The notes beneath the pieces are model-generated. The model saw nothing but the letters and a program-made list of their open reading frames with translations, made no database searches and was not told the DNA's origin. Shown here piece after piece: positions 10,783 to 20,268 of a DNA stretch of 32,000 bases. The stretch's first letter is position 1, and each line of letters opens with the position of its first letter. The translations under genes and the position numbers were made by a program. The stretch is from Erysipelothrix larvae (GTDB lineage Bacteria > Bacillota_I > Bacilli_A > Erysipelotrichales > Erysipelotrichaceae), in assembly GCF_001545095.1 (NCBI RefSeq), contig NZ_CP013213.1, positions 1,380,001-1,412,000 of the forward strand, read 5' to 3'.

Positions 10783-10905
10783 ATCTTGCTCTCAGACAGT
10801 GTTGGTAACGAAAATAAGTGATTAGCCATATATGAGGCATTTTGTGTCGATTTTAATACAGTTGAGGTGACCTCTAGATGTGAATAAGTCCATCAATATC
10901 TCCAT
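10783..10905 (+). repeat. Copy 1 of a ~123-bp direct repeat (partner at 24118-24241)
   Basis: A hand alignment to 24118-24241 gives about four-fifths identity. Shared blocks include atcttg(c/t)tctcaga, ttagccatatatga, tcgattttaataca, cctcta(g/a)atgtgaata and tctccat. Confidence 0.8.
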
Positions 10906-10918
10906 GAAACATTTTTTT

Positions 10919-10970
10919 TGTATTTGATAATCTAAAAGTGGTCCAATTCTCAATTGAAAACTGGTCCACT
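10919..10970 (+). repeat. IS21 left terminal inverted repeat
   Basis: The sequence tgtatttgataatctaaaagtggtccaattctcaattgaaaactggtccact aligns without gaps, with a few mismatches, to the reverse complement of 12998-13049. Confidence 0.8.
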
Positions 10971-11031
10971 ATTTTTATAACTTCAGAAGTGTGTGATAAT
11001 GCTTTTGGAGGTGAAAGAGGTGATATCACAA

Positions 11032-12318
11032 ATGAGCAAATATTCAATTATCACATTAAAAAAGAAAGGATGATCTAACAGAAAGATTGCCCTTGAATTG
11101 GGTATAGACCGAAAGACGGTCGCACGGTATCTTCAGGAATATAATAAATGTCAAATACAATTGATTGATAATCATGGTTTATCAGACGAAAGAAAAGTAG
11201 AAGTCATTGATCAAATTGTTGGGGACCGTCACTATGATGCAAGCAAACGAGGTAAGCGCAAGTTAACGCAAGAAATTCAAGCTTCACGAGAAACATTTAT
11301 TCGACAAGATTATCGATATGGTGAGCGGTTAGAGTTTGACTTTGGAGAAGTAAAGCTTTTAATTAATGGTGAACCAAGAACATATTATCTCGCTGTTTTC
11401 TCATCACCAGCAAGTGGATATCGGTATGCATATTTATATCCAAACCAACGCAAACAAGTATTCATAGATGCACATGTTCGCTTCTTTGAGCATTCTAAAG
11501 GCTCTTGGGGTGAAGTTGTATATGACAATATGAGAAACGTCGTGAAGCGCTTTATAACGCCTTATGAAAAAGAAATTAATGATGATTGCCTCAAACTGGC
11601 ACTCTATTATAATTTTGAAATTAACCTGACTAATATACGAAGTGGTCATGAAAAAGGAAGTGTAGAAAACAGTGTTAAGGTAATTCGAAATCGTGTATTC
11701 GCAAAGGACTATAAGTTTGAAACATTTGAAGAGGCATGTGTTCATCTTGAACAGACTCTTGATGAAATCAATATAAAGAGTTCAATCGAAGATGAAAAGA
11801 AAGAACTTCAACCTTACAGAATTCCTTATGAATTCGCTGATATCGAAGTATATAGTGTTGACAAGTATGGTTGTATACACGTTGAAAATAATTTTTATTC
11901 AGTCCCAGACTATCTCCAACACAAAAGAGTTACGGTCAAAAACACCGTAAATTCGATACGCATCTATTCAAATCACACATTTGTGTACGAACATAAAAAG
12001 ATAGATGGTCACCATCAATATCAGCTTGTGTTGGACCACTATCTGAATACAATGATGACTAAGCCGGGATCTGTAAAGAATTCACTTGTCCTAAAACAAC
12101 ATCCTGAGCTTTATAACATCTACCATAATCATTATAAAACAAGAACTAAAGAGTTCATAGAAATTCTTCAAGAAAACAGGAATGAAACGTATAAAACGCT
12201 CAAAGATGCTTTAAAGTATCGGTTGGTTTCAAATGCAATTGACACCGTTGAGTATGATGACAGCATACAAGAACAATCACGTAAACAACTTAAGAAAATA
12301 AGCCAATTAATGCACTAG
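11032..12318 (+). pseudogene. istA: IS21 istA transposase interrupted by an in-frame TGA in the N-terminal HTH
   Basis: ATG 11032 gives MSKYSIITLKKKG, then TGA at 11071-11073. The same frame continues SNRKIALELGIDRKTVARYLQEY (HTH) into the 406-aa track ORF, which has the DDE-integrase-like core. The track ORF itself starts at a TTG. Confidence 0.75.
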
Positions 12319-12329
12319 GAGAAAAATTA

Positions 12330-12989
12330 ATGGAAACAGTTGAACAATTGTCAAAAGAATTAAAACTTTCATTCATAAAAACACACTATGAAGCAGCAAT
12401 ACAGGAAGCGAAACACAAAGGATTGGATTTTCAAGAATTTCTTAACGAACTGCTTTATTGCGAACGAAACAATCGTCGTGACAACGGAATAAAACAACGC
12501 ATTCGTGCTGCTCGATTTCCTCAAAACAAGACATTGGAGGATTTTACGACTGTAAAATTTAATTCAGAATTAAAACGAAAGTTTAAAGAACTGGAAACAT
12601 TGAACTTTATAGAAAATAAAAAAGTGCTATTTATCAGCGTTCCTAATCTAATTATAGAGTTAAAAGAAGCTATGTCAAAAAATCAAATTACGCAATACAA
12701 AAAGAAGTTTGAAAAATTTGATCTAGTAATTCTTGATGAACTCGGCTATGTGTCATTTGATAAAGAAGGAAGTGAAATTCTATTCAATCTAATTTCAAAT
12801 AGAATAGCAGTAGGTTCTATGATTATTACAACAAATTTAATGTTCGATAGATGGGAAGAAATATTCAAAGATCCCATTCTAACAACTGCTCTAGTCGACC
12901 GATTAACCTATAAATCACATCTATTAAATATGAGTGGAGAGAGTTATCGTGTTGAAGAAACAATTGCTTGGCTAAAGAGCAAAGAATGA
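12330..12989 (+). CDS. istB: IS21 IstB helper ATPase lacking its Walker A segment (probably non-functional)
   Basis: IstB-like motifs are present: DLVILDELGY (Walker B), ITTNLMFDRWEEIFKD and ALVDRLTYKSHLL. The sequence jumps from FIENKK directly to VLFISVPNL (junction ~12621-12626), where IstB proteins normally carry GxxGxGKT. It is 219 aa, against the ~250 aa I recall for IstB proteins. Confidence 0.75.
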   Translation: METVEQLSKELKLSFIKTHYEAAIQEAKHKGLDFQEFLNELLYCERNNRRDNGIKQRIRAARFPQNKTLEDFTTVKFNSELKRKFKELETLNFIENKKVLFISVPNLIIELKEAMSKNQITQYKKKFEKFDLVILDELGYVSFDKEGSEILFNLISNRIAVGSMIITTNLMFDRWEEIFKDPILTTALVDRLTYKSHLLNMSGESYRVEETIAWLKSKE

Positions 12990-12997
12990 CAAACGGT

Positions 12998-13049
12998 AGT
13001 GGACCAGTTTTCAATTGAGATTTGGACCATTATTCAGTTGACAAATACA
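12998..13049 (-). repeat. IS21 right terminal inverted repeat
   Basis: The sequence agtggaccagttttcaattgagatttggaccattattcagttgacaaataca is the reverse-complement partner of 10919-10970. Confidence 0.8.
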
Positions 13050-13107
13050 GCAGACTTAATAAATTAAACAACACTATTTTCAACAATAATACTGCTCATC
13101 ACTGGTA

Positions 13108-14298
13108 TTATGATTGCACCCACCTTAAAAATCTATATCCAATCTCTTTCCATTTAGTTGGATTACAATTTACACAATCTCCAATTCTTCTCATTATTGA
13201 TTCATTAATATAGAGTAAATGCTTTAGATTACGATAAGATGTATCAATGTCTCCAACAATAAATCGTTCCTGATGTTGATAGTGTAAATTATTCCTTAAT
13301 ATTTTTATTTGTTGAATGTCCTCTTCTTTTACATCAGAAATTAAACTAATGAATATTTTCTTCATTTCATTATTCTGACTCTTAGAGATAAATCCCTGGA
13401 TGTTATCAATAGTTTCATCTAGATGGATAGAAATCATTTTTCGATAAAAATATACTAGATATGGCACTTCTTTGATGTATTCTCCTATATCAACTAAGTA
13501 GGTAAAGAATTCATAAATTGAAGATGTAACATCGAGTGCAATGATTAATCTATCAATTTCTCTCTCTCCCAAATCCTTGTTTGATTTTATAATATCCGAA
13601 TAAGAATAAGGAATCCACTTATAGTTTGGTTTCTCAGGAGCTTTCCTTATATTGAAGATATCAGTTTTTGCAAAACAGATATTTTGAATTAATCGTAATT
13701 GTAAAGTCATAGATTTTACGAAAGTATCATTTTTAATCTCCTCGTGTACATATTCAAATTGGTTTGTACCAATCATGTATCTACACTTGTCAATTATTTC
13801 AAAGTGCAAACATATATCTATGTAAGGATTCTTTATATCTCGGGATCTACCCATTCCTGTATCAATCATTGTCAACTTTTTATTGAAGTCGCTGAATCTG
13901 AATTGATGCAAATTATTCCTTAATCTGGTAAGCATTGAAATGTATGTTGAACTTAATCCATAAAAATCTCCTTTTTTCACTATTCCAGGTTGCAAAATTA
14001 GTTTGTTAAATTCACTAAGAATTATTGAAAATAGTTCAATTATCAAATTATTCGATTTCCTAATATCATTTATATTCTTTCTACTGACATTTGTATTGAA
14101 AAAATTCAAAATTGTTATTAAACCTAAACAATCTAAGAGACATGAATAAAGAGATAAAGTATTTGAATAAATAATCTCTGGATTGGATAATAATTCTTTA
14201 AAAAATTCAAAAAATATTTCAATATTCAACTCTTCTGGCCCATCTTCCCTTATTGTATCTCCATTAAAATTGGATTTATCATAATCATCAATCATCAC
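13108..14298 (-). CDS. Orphan hypothetical protein with a duplicated LRNNLH motif (possible HEPN-like, unproven)
   Basis: 396-aa ORF isolated between two IS elements. RNNLH is encoded at 13906-13920 and again at 13282-13296 with near-identical codons (aggaataatttgcat / aggaataatttacac). The start is ambiguous (GTG 14298 or ATG 14295) and the Shine-Dalgarno is weak. Confidence 0.7.
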   Translation of the reverse strand: MMIDDYDKSNFNGDTIREDGPEELNIEIFFEFFKELLSNPEIIYSNTLSLYSCLLDCLGLITILNFFNTNVSRKNINDIRKSNNLIIELFSIILSEFNKLILQPGIVKKGDFYGLSSTYISMLTRLRNNLHQFRFSDFNKKLTMIDTGMGRSRDIKNPYIDICLHFEIIDKCRYMIGTNQFEYVHEEIKNDTFVKSMTLQLRLIQNICFAKTDIFNIRKAPEKPNYKWIPYSYSDIIKSNKDLGEREIDRLIIALDVTSSIYEFFTYLVDIGEYIKEVPYLVYFYRKMISIHLDETIDNIQGFISKSQNNEMKKIFISLISDVKEEDIQQIKILRNNLHYQHQERFIVGDIDTSYRNLKHLLYINESIMRRIGDCVNCNPTKWKEIGYRFLRWVQS

Positions 14299-14582
14299 AA
14301 TTACTTATTTTTCCTAGTATGATAATGTTGTTCATAATCTTACCCATCATCACATCCCTTTCTATTAACTTTTTTTCTGAATTAGACACGATTACAATGT
14401 GAAATGTAAATTTAGTTATCGCCTTAAGACATGACTTCTTACGAAACGCTGCAACCACATCTTTAACGTCAAATGGTAATGAGCAGGATGGATTTTTTGA
14501 ATCTTTATAGCAAGCTAGGTAACTAACGTGACTGCTTTTGGAACAATCATTTCATAAACCATTCAGAAAGTTGGTAGTTCTT

Positions 14583-15746
14583 ATGATTCTCATTGGTATT
14601 GATATCCCTTAGTGTAATCATATCGTCTCATTCATGAGTTCTTATGGCGAAGTACTTCCACACTGCACAATTCAAGAATAATCGAGAAGGATTCAACCTA
14701 CTAAGTGTTATCATCAAACCCTTCAAAATCCAACACTATTTCATCGATTTTGAATCAGCTGGTCACTATGGTGACAATCTAATCCGTTACGTAGTCGGCA
14801 AAGACTATACTGTTGGTCTCATCAATCCTTTGACCACGGATGCATACCGTAAAAACGGAAATTCGAAAAACCAAGCCTGATTAAGTCAATTCCCTGACCA
14901 TCTTGTTGTGAGTGATGGTTACTTCTTTCAACTCTATGTTTATCAAACATGCGGGAACTGAAATATCTGACCAGCTACTATACACGCCAGAAACACAACC
15001 AGTCTTAGCTTAAAATTATCGTTCGAGGTCATTTTGATATTGGCTAACCTGAATTCATTGACTTCTTTTCGGATGCTTCAGCAATGCTTCTAAAGAGCTT
15101 TTTTCAACAGGCTTGTACTGCTAAGGAAGTCTCTGAACTTCACCTGAAAAAGATCACGAACCTGCTTCACCAGGATTCTAGTGACCGACTTAAGAAAGAG
15201 AAAACGGAGTCTCTTATACAAACTGCTTCATCTTCAGTCGGCATCCATGAACTGTCACTAAAGTTTGAAATCAAACAATCCATTGATTAACTTGAACTTC
15301 ACAAGGAACAGTTGGATGAAGTAACAAAAAGATAGAAGTCCTGAACTCTCAAACACAAACTTCTATCTTATCAATCCCAGACATTGTAACAGTAAAGTGA
15401 TTAACCATTCTATCAGATATAGGGGATATCTCTCGTTTCTCCAGTGCATCAAAGTTCTTAGCTTATGTAGGGTGTGGTCCATCCATTTACCATTCTGAAA
15501 CTAATCAAGCGGTCAATAGCCGCATATCCGAACTGGGAAGTCAGCATCTTCACTATGCGTTGTATAATGCAGTTTTTATTGTAAGCCAGTTTGAATCTGC
15601 CTTTAATCCATATTATAAACGAAGTGAGAACATAGAAAGTCTCTCGCAATACTTTGGATCATGTGGCTAATAAACTTTTTAGTGTACTCTATAAATTGTC
15701 GTGAGAAAAAGTCATGTTTGATGCTTCAATAATCGGACAAAGTTGA
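14583..15746 (+). pseudogene. IS110-family transposase, multiply frameshifted or stopped
   Basis: Fragments lie in different frames. They are MILIGIDIP*, GEVL..., KNNREGFNLL...FESAGHYGDNL...GLINPLTTDAYRK (DEDD N-domain), DIGDISRFSSASKFLAYVGCGPSIYHSETNQ...GSQHLHYALYNA (Transposase_20-like) and LDHVANKLFSVLYKLS*EKVMFD. Confidence 0.7.
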
Positions 15747-15789
15747 TTTAGCATTGTACTCTCAATTTGATAAAAATCTGAAAACATAA

Positions 15790-16320
15790 GTATCAACTAC
15801 CATACACTAATTGAAATTTAACAATTGTTTTTCCATCTAAGGGTAATTCAACAAAGACGCTTTAAGTTCTTGTTTGTCGCATTGGTCAAAGAGTTAATTG
15901 CATCATTTTTTTCGGAACTTTGTTTTCCAACTAACTCCCAAATTAATGTCTTCATAATCATAACTATTATCATGATTAATAAAAGCTAGTAATACTTCAA
16001 ATTGAATTTCATCAATTAAAGTGATTCCAATAACATGTCCATCTGCTTTTGTATGAGATATGCTATATGTTTTCTGTAAAACTGTTTTACCCCTTATAGT
16101 AATGCAGATTGTCCATTTCCTGAGTAGTTATTAAACTTAGAATAAGTCTCGTATGGAAGTAATATCAACACATCAATATCACTTTTGTGAATCTCTGTTC
16201 CCGTCCACAAAAACCAACATATAATCTGTTCATTGTGTCCGATGTAGAATTAAGATAATTCAAATTAAGCCTTTGTGCGATCAGTTTAAACTTTTTGCTG
16301 GATGGATGATACAGATTCAT
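15790..16320 (-). pseudogene. SMODS/CD-NTase-like nucleotidyltransferase relic (CBASS-type synthetase family), frameshifted and 3'-truncated
   Basis: Minus-strand fragments across three frames: MNLYHPSSKKFKLIAQRL..., GTEIHKSDIDVLILLPYETYSKFNNYSGNGQSALL, GKTVLQKTYS...DGHVIGITL..IQFEVLLAF...GVSWKTKF and NDAINSLTNATNKNLKRLC*ITLRWK. These recall the GSxxRGT...SDxDxxxxLP...NGQSxLL...FEVxPxF...GGxWKxT pattern of this family. The lower boundary is approximate. Confidence 0.5.
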
Positions 16321-16565
16321 TATTGATCCTCAGATTTGAACAAAACATATTAAAATCATTCCTACTTCCCATTTATCCTTGCTAATACTACTTCAATAAT
16401 CTCTTACAATACTAGACAGTATTTTCCTTTATTTCTTTAAGGTTTATCTAGTAAATTCTGTTGGAAAATTCCGTTTGGGATTTATTTTATTTTTGAATCC
16501 AAACAATTAGCGATTACACATTCTAACACTTTTTACTGCATTATCGATAAACTATTAGTATTCAT

Positions 16566-17243
16566 CTAGAAAATTGATATATCCCAAGACGTAATGATTC
16601 CAAGCAACGACTGATTTTGTGATCCGGACTCTGTTACTAATAAAACCTTTAAGTTTAATATTTCTTTAAACATACGATGTATTTCGCTAAAATTTTGATG
16701 CTTGCTAACAAATCTAAAGTGGTTTCTATTTTCATCGTTATTTATCACGTCATTTATCCTTGTTTCTTGAATTGAAATGATATCTGTATCAATAGAATTA
16801 GCCAGCCAGTTACTAATTCCGTTATCAGTTAGTAAACCCACTAATTCATCATCCCGATAAATAGGAAACTGACTTATCCCTTTATCTTTAATACATCTAA
16901 GTGGTTTTGTTATCTCATCAGTAATATCAAACTTAATGATTTGTTTGCTCATAATGCTTGATGCTGTCACATCAACCGGTATCATATGTAATGTATTTTC
17001 TAATATTTCAATTGCTTCTTTACTTACTTCAAAATATTGACTAGACGTTCCATGTGATAAAGCATTTCTGATCTCCCTTAATTTATTTAAAGTTACAGTA
17101 TTTCTCTTTATAAATAAATCGTTACTTTCATTGATTTTTTCCTTCAGACTTTTATCATGGTTATACGATAAAGAATTAATATAATCTTCAAGAATTTTAA
17201 ATCCTATAATAAATTGATCATTCCTATTAGTATTGTTCTGCAT
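16566..17243 (-). CDS. HEPN (Rx4H: RNALSH) plus CBS-domain protein appended to the type I R-M operon
   Basis: LREIRNALSHGT is encoded at 17052-17069. The C-terminal half has CBS-like strands (ISQFPIYRDDELVGLLTDNGISNWL ... LLGIITSWDI). I prefer ATG 17243, preceded by AGGAGAG, over the track start 17273 that abuts the hsdM stop. Confidence 0.7.
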   Translation of the reverse strand: MQNNTNRNDQFIIGFKILEDYINSLSYNHDKSLKEKINESNDLFIKRNTVTLNKLREIRNALSHGTSSQYFEVSKEAIEILENTLHMIPVDVTASSIMSKQIIKFDITDEITKPLRCIKDKGISQFPIYRDDELVGLLTDNGISNWLANSIDTDIISIQETRINDVINNDENRNHFRFVSKHQNFSEIHRMFKEILNLKVLLVTESGSQNQSLLGIITSWDISIF

Positions 17244-17273
17244 AATAAACTCTCCTATTCGCGACAACTTCAA

Positions 17274-18902
17274 TTATTCAATACTTAACAAATTCATTAA
17301 CTTGTTTAGCTCTTCTTTTGCTTCGTCAGTGGTTCCTTCCAATTCTTGTAGTATACTAAATAGATTCATTGATGACTCTTGAACCTTTTTTCTTGCTTGA
17401 ACTAACTCTTGAGCAACTTGCGACAACGGGATTACTTCTTCTTCTTCAAATGTATCGACATATCGTGGAATATTTAAATTATAATCATTGCTTTGAATTT
17501 CTTCCAACGTAGCAACGTGAGCGTACTTGTCAATGTCCACTCTATTACTATAGGCTTGGACTATTTTATTAATGTTGGCTAATGATAATTTGTTTTGATT
17601 CTTACCTTTTTCAAACTCATTTGATGCATCGATGAACATAACATCAGTGGTTTTCCGTGCCCCTCTTCCTTTAAACACTAATACACATGTAGGAATACTA
17701 GTTCCATAGAACAGGTTCGCTGGTAAACCAATAACAGCATCCAGAAGATTATTGCTGATAATATTTTGTCGTATTCTTCCTTCAGAAGCTCCTCTGAATA
17801 ATACACCATGAGGCAAGACAATTGCCATCGTTCCTTTACTACTTAAGTGATAGAGTCCATGTAGTACAAAAGCATAATCCGCCTTTGAACCTGGTGCAAC
17901 TCCAAACTCTTTAAATCGAGCATCTTTTTCTCTATCTGTACCTTTTATATCCCACTGCTGAGAATAAGGTGGATTTGCGACAACTGCATCAAATGTAAGC
18001 GGAAGCTGAATCCCATTATTTTTATCAAATGGCCAATCTTCTGAAAGGGTGTCAGCCCTTCTGAGTTTCATATTCATATATTGAACACCATGCATCATTA
18101 AGTTCATCCGTGCTAAGTTATAAGTTGTGGTGTTGATTTCTTGCCCGTAAAACTCCACGCTTCCAACTCGTTCACCATAAGGAAGTTCTTTTTGAACTGT
18201 TAGCAGTAATGAGCCAGAACCCATAGTAGGGTCATAAACGCGAAATTGTCCGTGATCCTCTGTAGCATTCAAGGTAACTAGTTTTGCTAAAACTTGACTT
18301 ACTTCATGAGGTGTATAAAACTCCCCACCTTTTTTCCCTGCATTAGCAGCGAATTGTCCAATTAAGTATTCGTAAACATCACCTAGAATGTCTTTGCCTG
18401 AACTATCCTTAAAATTAAACTCATTAATCATAAGAACGATATCATTTAATGCCTTTGCTCGCTCATTCGTGCTAGTCCCAAGACGAGAATCGCCCAGATT
18501 CACATCAGAAAAAACATTAGCAAAATCAATTTCAGCAATTTCATTTCGCTTTGCATTCTTACTGAATGATTCAAACATATCTTGGAAATCACTTGCTTTG
18601 ATTTTGTGGTTATCAATTCTAGACACAATTTGCTCCCAAATGTATTGAGGTTCAATGACATATCCGATTCCTTTACTAACCTCTACAAGATAATCCTCTA
18701 ATTCTTCAACATCTGTTACACTATAATAATCTTCAAGAGCATTCTGTTTCAGATAATTATCCTGATTTTCAGACAAGTATCGATAAAACATAAAAGGCAA
18801 GATATAATTCTTATATTCACTTGCATCCATGGTACCTCTTAGTTTATTTGCCATAGACCATAATTTAGCTGTTACCGAAGTAGTATTATTACTCATTTTC
18901 AA
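17274..18902 (-). CDS. hsdM: Type I restriction-modification methyltransferase subunit M
   Basis: 542 aa with an HsdM_N-like N-terminus (LWSMANKLRG, YKNYILPFMFYRYLS). It has SAM motif YDPTMGSGSLL and catalytic VVANPPYS. Confidence 0.9.
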   Translation of the reverse strand: MKMSNNTTSVTAKLWSMANKLRGTMDASEYKNYILPFMFYRYLSENQDNYLKQNALEDYYSVTDVEELEDYLVEVSKGIGYVIEPQYIWEQIVSRIDNHKIKASDFQDMFESFSKNAKRNEIAEIDFANVFSDVNLGDSRLGTSTNERAKALNDIVLMINEFNFKDSSGKDILGDVYEYLIGQFAANAGKKGGEFYTPHEVSQVLAKLVTLNATEDHGQFRVYDPTMGSGSLLLTVQKELPYGERVGSVEFYGQEINTTTYNLARMNLMMHGVQYMNMKLRRADTLSEDWPFDKNNGIQLPLTFDAVVANPPYSQQWDIKGTDREKDARFKEFGVAPGSKADYAFVLHGLYHLSSKGTMAIVLPHGVLFRGASEGRIRQNIISNNLLDAVIGLPANLFYGTSIPTCVLVFKGRGARKTTDVMFIDASNEFEKGKNQNKLSLANINKIVQAYSNRVDIDKYAHVATLEEIQSNDYNLNIPRYVDTFEEEEVIPLSQVAQELVQARKKVQESSMNLFSILQELEGTTDEAKEELNKLMNLLSIE

Positions 18903-18917
18903 TTTTCTCCTTTATAT

Positions 18918-20111
18918 TTATACAAACATTAATTTAAGTAATGTTTTTTTCACTATTTGAAGTTGTTCTAACTCACGCTGATGAAGGGTGATAAGGTCAT
19001 CGAGTTGTTTGAAAAAGCTTCCGATTTGTTGTTGCTCGGCAAAACTAGTAGTAGAGATATTAAACACTTCAACATCTTTTTTAGAAACTGATGGGATGTT
19101 TGCTGATTGTTGGTAATCTGTGAACAAGTGCTGTTTATGTTTAGTAAATTGATATAGGTAATCTAAATCAATCTCACATTTCTTCATAATTTCAACAGAA
19201 TAACAACTATTTCCAGCCCAATATCTTTTTCTAACAAGATTTACATAACCTGCGTTAGCTCCACGAGCGCTAATGACTATTTTATCTGATTCATTGTTGT
19301 AATCTTCGTAGAATCCAGTGTATGATATACCACCGTTATATACCGGATATGGACTATCTGGGTTTTGCTTACTCTTAATCACAAACTCACCAATTGATAC
19401 TTCAGCCAAATCACTTAGCTTACACTGTTCCCAATCATCAGTAAATCCATCAAATCGAACTTCAGGTTGCTTCATTCCTTCTTTTGGGAACATTTTCGAA
19501 AGCATAGTTTTCTTAAAATTAGAAACTGCTGATAACTCACGCTGATGAAGGGTGATGAGGTAATCGAGAGAGTGAAAGAATTTTCCGATTTGGGTTTGTT
19601 CTATTATGCCAGGATACATTAACTGAATTTCCTTTAAATCTGAGTTGTGCAAATGTACAACTGATTTCCCTTGTGCGCGCCTCATCATTTCTTTTTTTTG
19701 ACTACCATTAGAAATACTTAATGCTAAGAAAATAGGATTTAATATTGAATTTGGTCTAATTACATTTAGATCACCACCTAAAGTAATCCCCTTCTTTAGT
19801 ACGTATGAAGCTCTTGCTATATCTTCCGCTGACTCTCCTGAAGCTGGAACAATTACCTCGTTTCCTAAACTTAATGTTGAGTTATTATTATCTGCAATGA
19901 AAGTATCTACTGTATCAATGACAGTTTCATACTTCGTGTACAAACGCCCATAAAGAATAATAGGAAATCCTTCATCAACTAGGTCTGCCTTTGAGTAACC
20001 ATTCCCTTTAGTAAATGATGCTAATTCTTCCAACTTACCCTGTTCCCAATCATCAGTAAATCCTTTAAATCTTACTTTTGGAATTTTATTATTACTTTCA
20101 AAACTTTCCAT
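18918..20111 (-). CDS. hsdS: Type I R-M specificity subunit S (two target-recognition domains)
   Basis: 397 aa with a duplicated architecture: RFKGFTDDWEQGKL / RFDGFTDDWEQCKL, and two conserved helices ...LITLHQREL.... The matching DNA repeats are 18969-19004 vs 19533-19568 and 19425-19448 vs 20040-20063. Confidence 0.9.
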   Translation of the reverse strand: MESFESNNKIPKVRFKGFTDDWEQGKLEELASFTKGNGYSKADLVDEGFPIILYGRLYTKYETVIDTVDTFIADNNNSTLSLGNEVIVPASGESAEDIARASYVLKKGITLGGDLNVIRPNSILNPIFLALSISNGSQKKEMMRRAQGKSVVHLHNSDLKEIQLMYPGIIEQTQIGKFFHSLDYLITLHQRELSAVSNFKKTMLSKMFPKEGMKQPEVRFDGFTDDWEQCKLSDLAEVSIGEFVIKSKQNPDSPYPVYNGGISYTGFYEDYNNESDKIVISARGANAGYVNLVRKRYWAGNSCYSVEIMKKCEIDLDYLYQFTKHKQHLFTDYQQSANIPSVSKKDVEVFNISTTSFAEQQQIGSFFKQLDDLITLHQRELEQLQIVKKTLLKLMFV

Positions 20112-20268
20112 GATATCACCATACCTTTCAAATTAAAATAATTAACCAGTTAATAAGGAATTGAAATATTTGCTCATTATTTCGATTCAATTCCAAATGC
20201 TATACAGAATATAAATATATAACTCATTGACTAGATAAACTAAGTTAATTAATCGTCTATACATTTTA

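Larger units (their letters stand above)
10919..13049 (+). mobile_element. IS21-family insertion sequence (istA-istB), coding capacity decayed
   Basis: The element has TG...CA termini and ~52-bp terminal inverted repeats containing the repeated motif (a)gtggaccag / ttggacca. The internal gene pair is istA-like plus istB-like. No matching 4-8-bp direct repeat flanks the ends (left attttttt, right gcagactt). Confidence 0.85.

Noticed and set aside
11071-11073. The in-frame TGA in istA could mean TGA=Trp (genetic code 4, Mollicutes-like).
   Set aside because: All the long genes in the window, including the 1,745- and 1,023-aa ORFs, stay open under the standard code. TGA also acts as the stop in three ATGA start/stop overlaps (8968, 7382 and 27373). 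Trp is encoded by TGG where checked, for example in FTDDWEQ. A TGG-to-TGA nonsense mutation in a decaying IS is the simpler reading.
14299-14370. A 20-codon upstream ORF (MMGKIMNNIIILGKISNCDD) overlapping the start of the 396-aa gene, as a leader peptide.
   Set aside because: It is very short and AT-biased, with only a weak Shine-Dalgarno-like aaaggga. Nothing distinguishes it from chance.
15458-15649. The 63-aa minus-strand ORF in the track.
   Set aside because: It lies antisense to the clearly recognisable C-terminal (Transposase_20-like) fragment of the IS110 pseudogene on the plus strand.
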